DNA from: Vulcanimicrobiota bacterium
Lineage (GTDB): Bacteria > Vulcanimicrobiota > Vulcanimicrobiia > Vulcanimicrobiales > Vulcanimicrobiaceae
Direction: 5' to 3'
Assembly: GCA_963795855.1 (NCBI GenBank)
Contig: CAWCIZ010000001.1
Location: forward strand, 64,001-128,000
DNA: 64,000 nucleotides
In this document: positions 63,451 through 64,000 of the stretch, piece by piece
How positions within the stretch are numbered: position 1 is the first letter of the stretch
Layout: every line of letters begins with the position of its first letter
Made by a program: the position numbers and the translations under genes
The notes under the pieces: model-generated
Told to the model about the DNA's origin: nothing
Seen by the model: the letters and a program-made list of their open reading frames with translations, nothing else
The model's database searches: none

Positions 63451-64000
63451 CCCAAATGCTGAAAACGATTACGCTCGACAACCCGCCCGTCAATGCGCTT
63501 TCCTTTGCGTATTCCGCTAAGCTTCTCGAGCAGGTTGCCGCCGCCGAGGGCGATGCGTCGGTGCAAGCAGTGGTGTTCACGGGTGCGAACGGCCTTTTCA
63601 GCGGCGGCGCCGACATCAACGACTTCGCGAAAGAACCGGATCCGAACGACAAGAACGTGCGGCACGTCATCGCCGCTATCGAAGCCGGCAAGAAGACCTA
63701 CATCGCCGCGATCGACGGAAACGCCATGGGCGGCGGTCTGGAACTCGCGCTCGCGTGCGACTATCGCATCGCGACCGCGAAGTCGAAACTCGGGCTGCCC
63801 GAAATCAAACTCGGTTTACTGCCGGGTGCGGGCGGCACGCAGCGGCTGCCGCGTCTGATCGGCGCGCAAGACGCGCTGCAGATGATGCTCAAAGGTGAAA
63901 CGGTCAAAGCGGAAGATGCGAAAAAGAAAGGCCTGATCGACGAAATCGTTACCGGCTCGCTCGTCGAGGCGGCGCAAGCATACGCCGGCAAACCGCGCAG
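63447..64000 (+). CDS. Enoyl-CoA hydratase domain, probably the N-terminus of a multifunctional 3-hydroxyacyl-CoA dehydrogenase (partial)
   Basis: DNPPVNAL, FSGGADI, GGGLELALACD, PEIKLGLLPGAGGTQRLPRL. Confidence 0.9.
   Translation, partial: MTQMLKTITLDNPPVNALSFAYSAKLLEQVAAAEGDASVQAVVFTGANGLFSGGADINDFAKEPDPNDKNVRHVIAAIEAGKKTYIAAIDGNAMGGGLELALACDYRIATAKSKLGLPEIKLGLLPGAGGTQRLPRLIGAQDALQMMLKGETVKAEDAKKKGLIDEIVTGSLVEAAQAYAGKPR

Overview
This is a GC-rich bacterial chromosome segment. The mix of TonB-type receptors with a topA-trmFO/hslVU block and an fhaA-fhaB-PP2C-rodA block suggests Eremiobacterota/Vulcanimicrobiota (inference only). The core backbone carries ahcY-metK, tRNA-Asn, topA-trmFO, hslVU, def-fmt-rsmB, the FHA cluster, cfa and beta-oxidation genes. 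A ~22 kb accessory region follows tRNA-Asn (~5.0-27.4 kb). It holds a hypoxia/stress-type set (USP, PNPOx-like, BON, PAS kinase, xfp-ackA, VIT1) and a co-oriented redox cluster. That cluster comprises a heme-type radical SAM enzyme, a CuA subunit II, a heme-copper subunit I with Asn replacing the cross-linked Tyr (sNOR-like), a membrane cytochrome c, two CuA-like cupredoxins and a Cyc2-like cytochrome-porin. Together these form a candidate outer-membrane electron-uptake to NO-reduction chain. Other highlights: a UxxC thioredoxin-TPR selenoprotein with a SECIS-like hairpin that the ORF track truncates; a Lys/Arg/Gly repeat histone-like protein divergent from topA; a two-state RNA structure between ahcY and metK; an apparent AUU start for fmt; a stand-alone DHp mini-protein; and a degenerate PP2C. 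Many genes have single-base frameshifts, most likely assembly indels.
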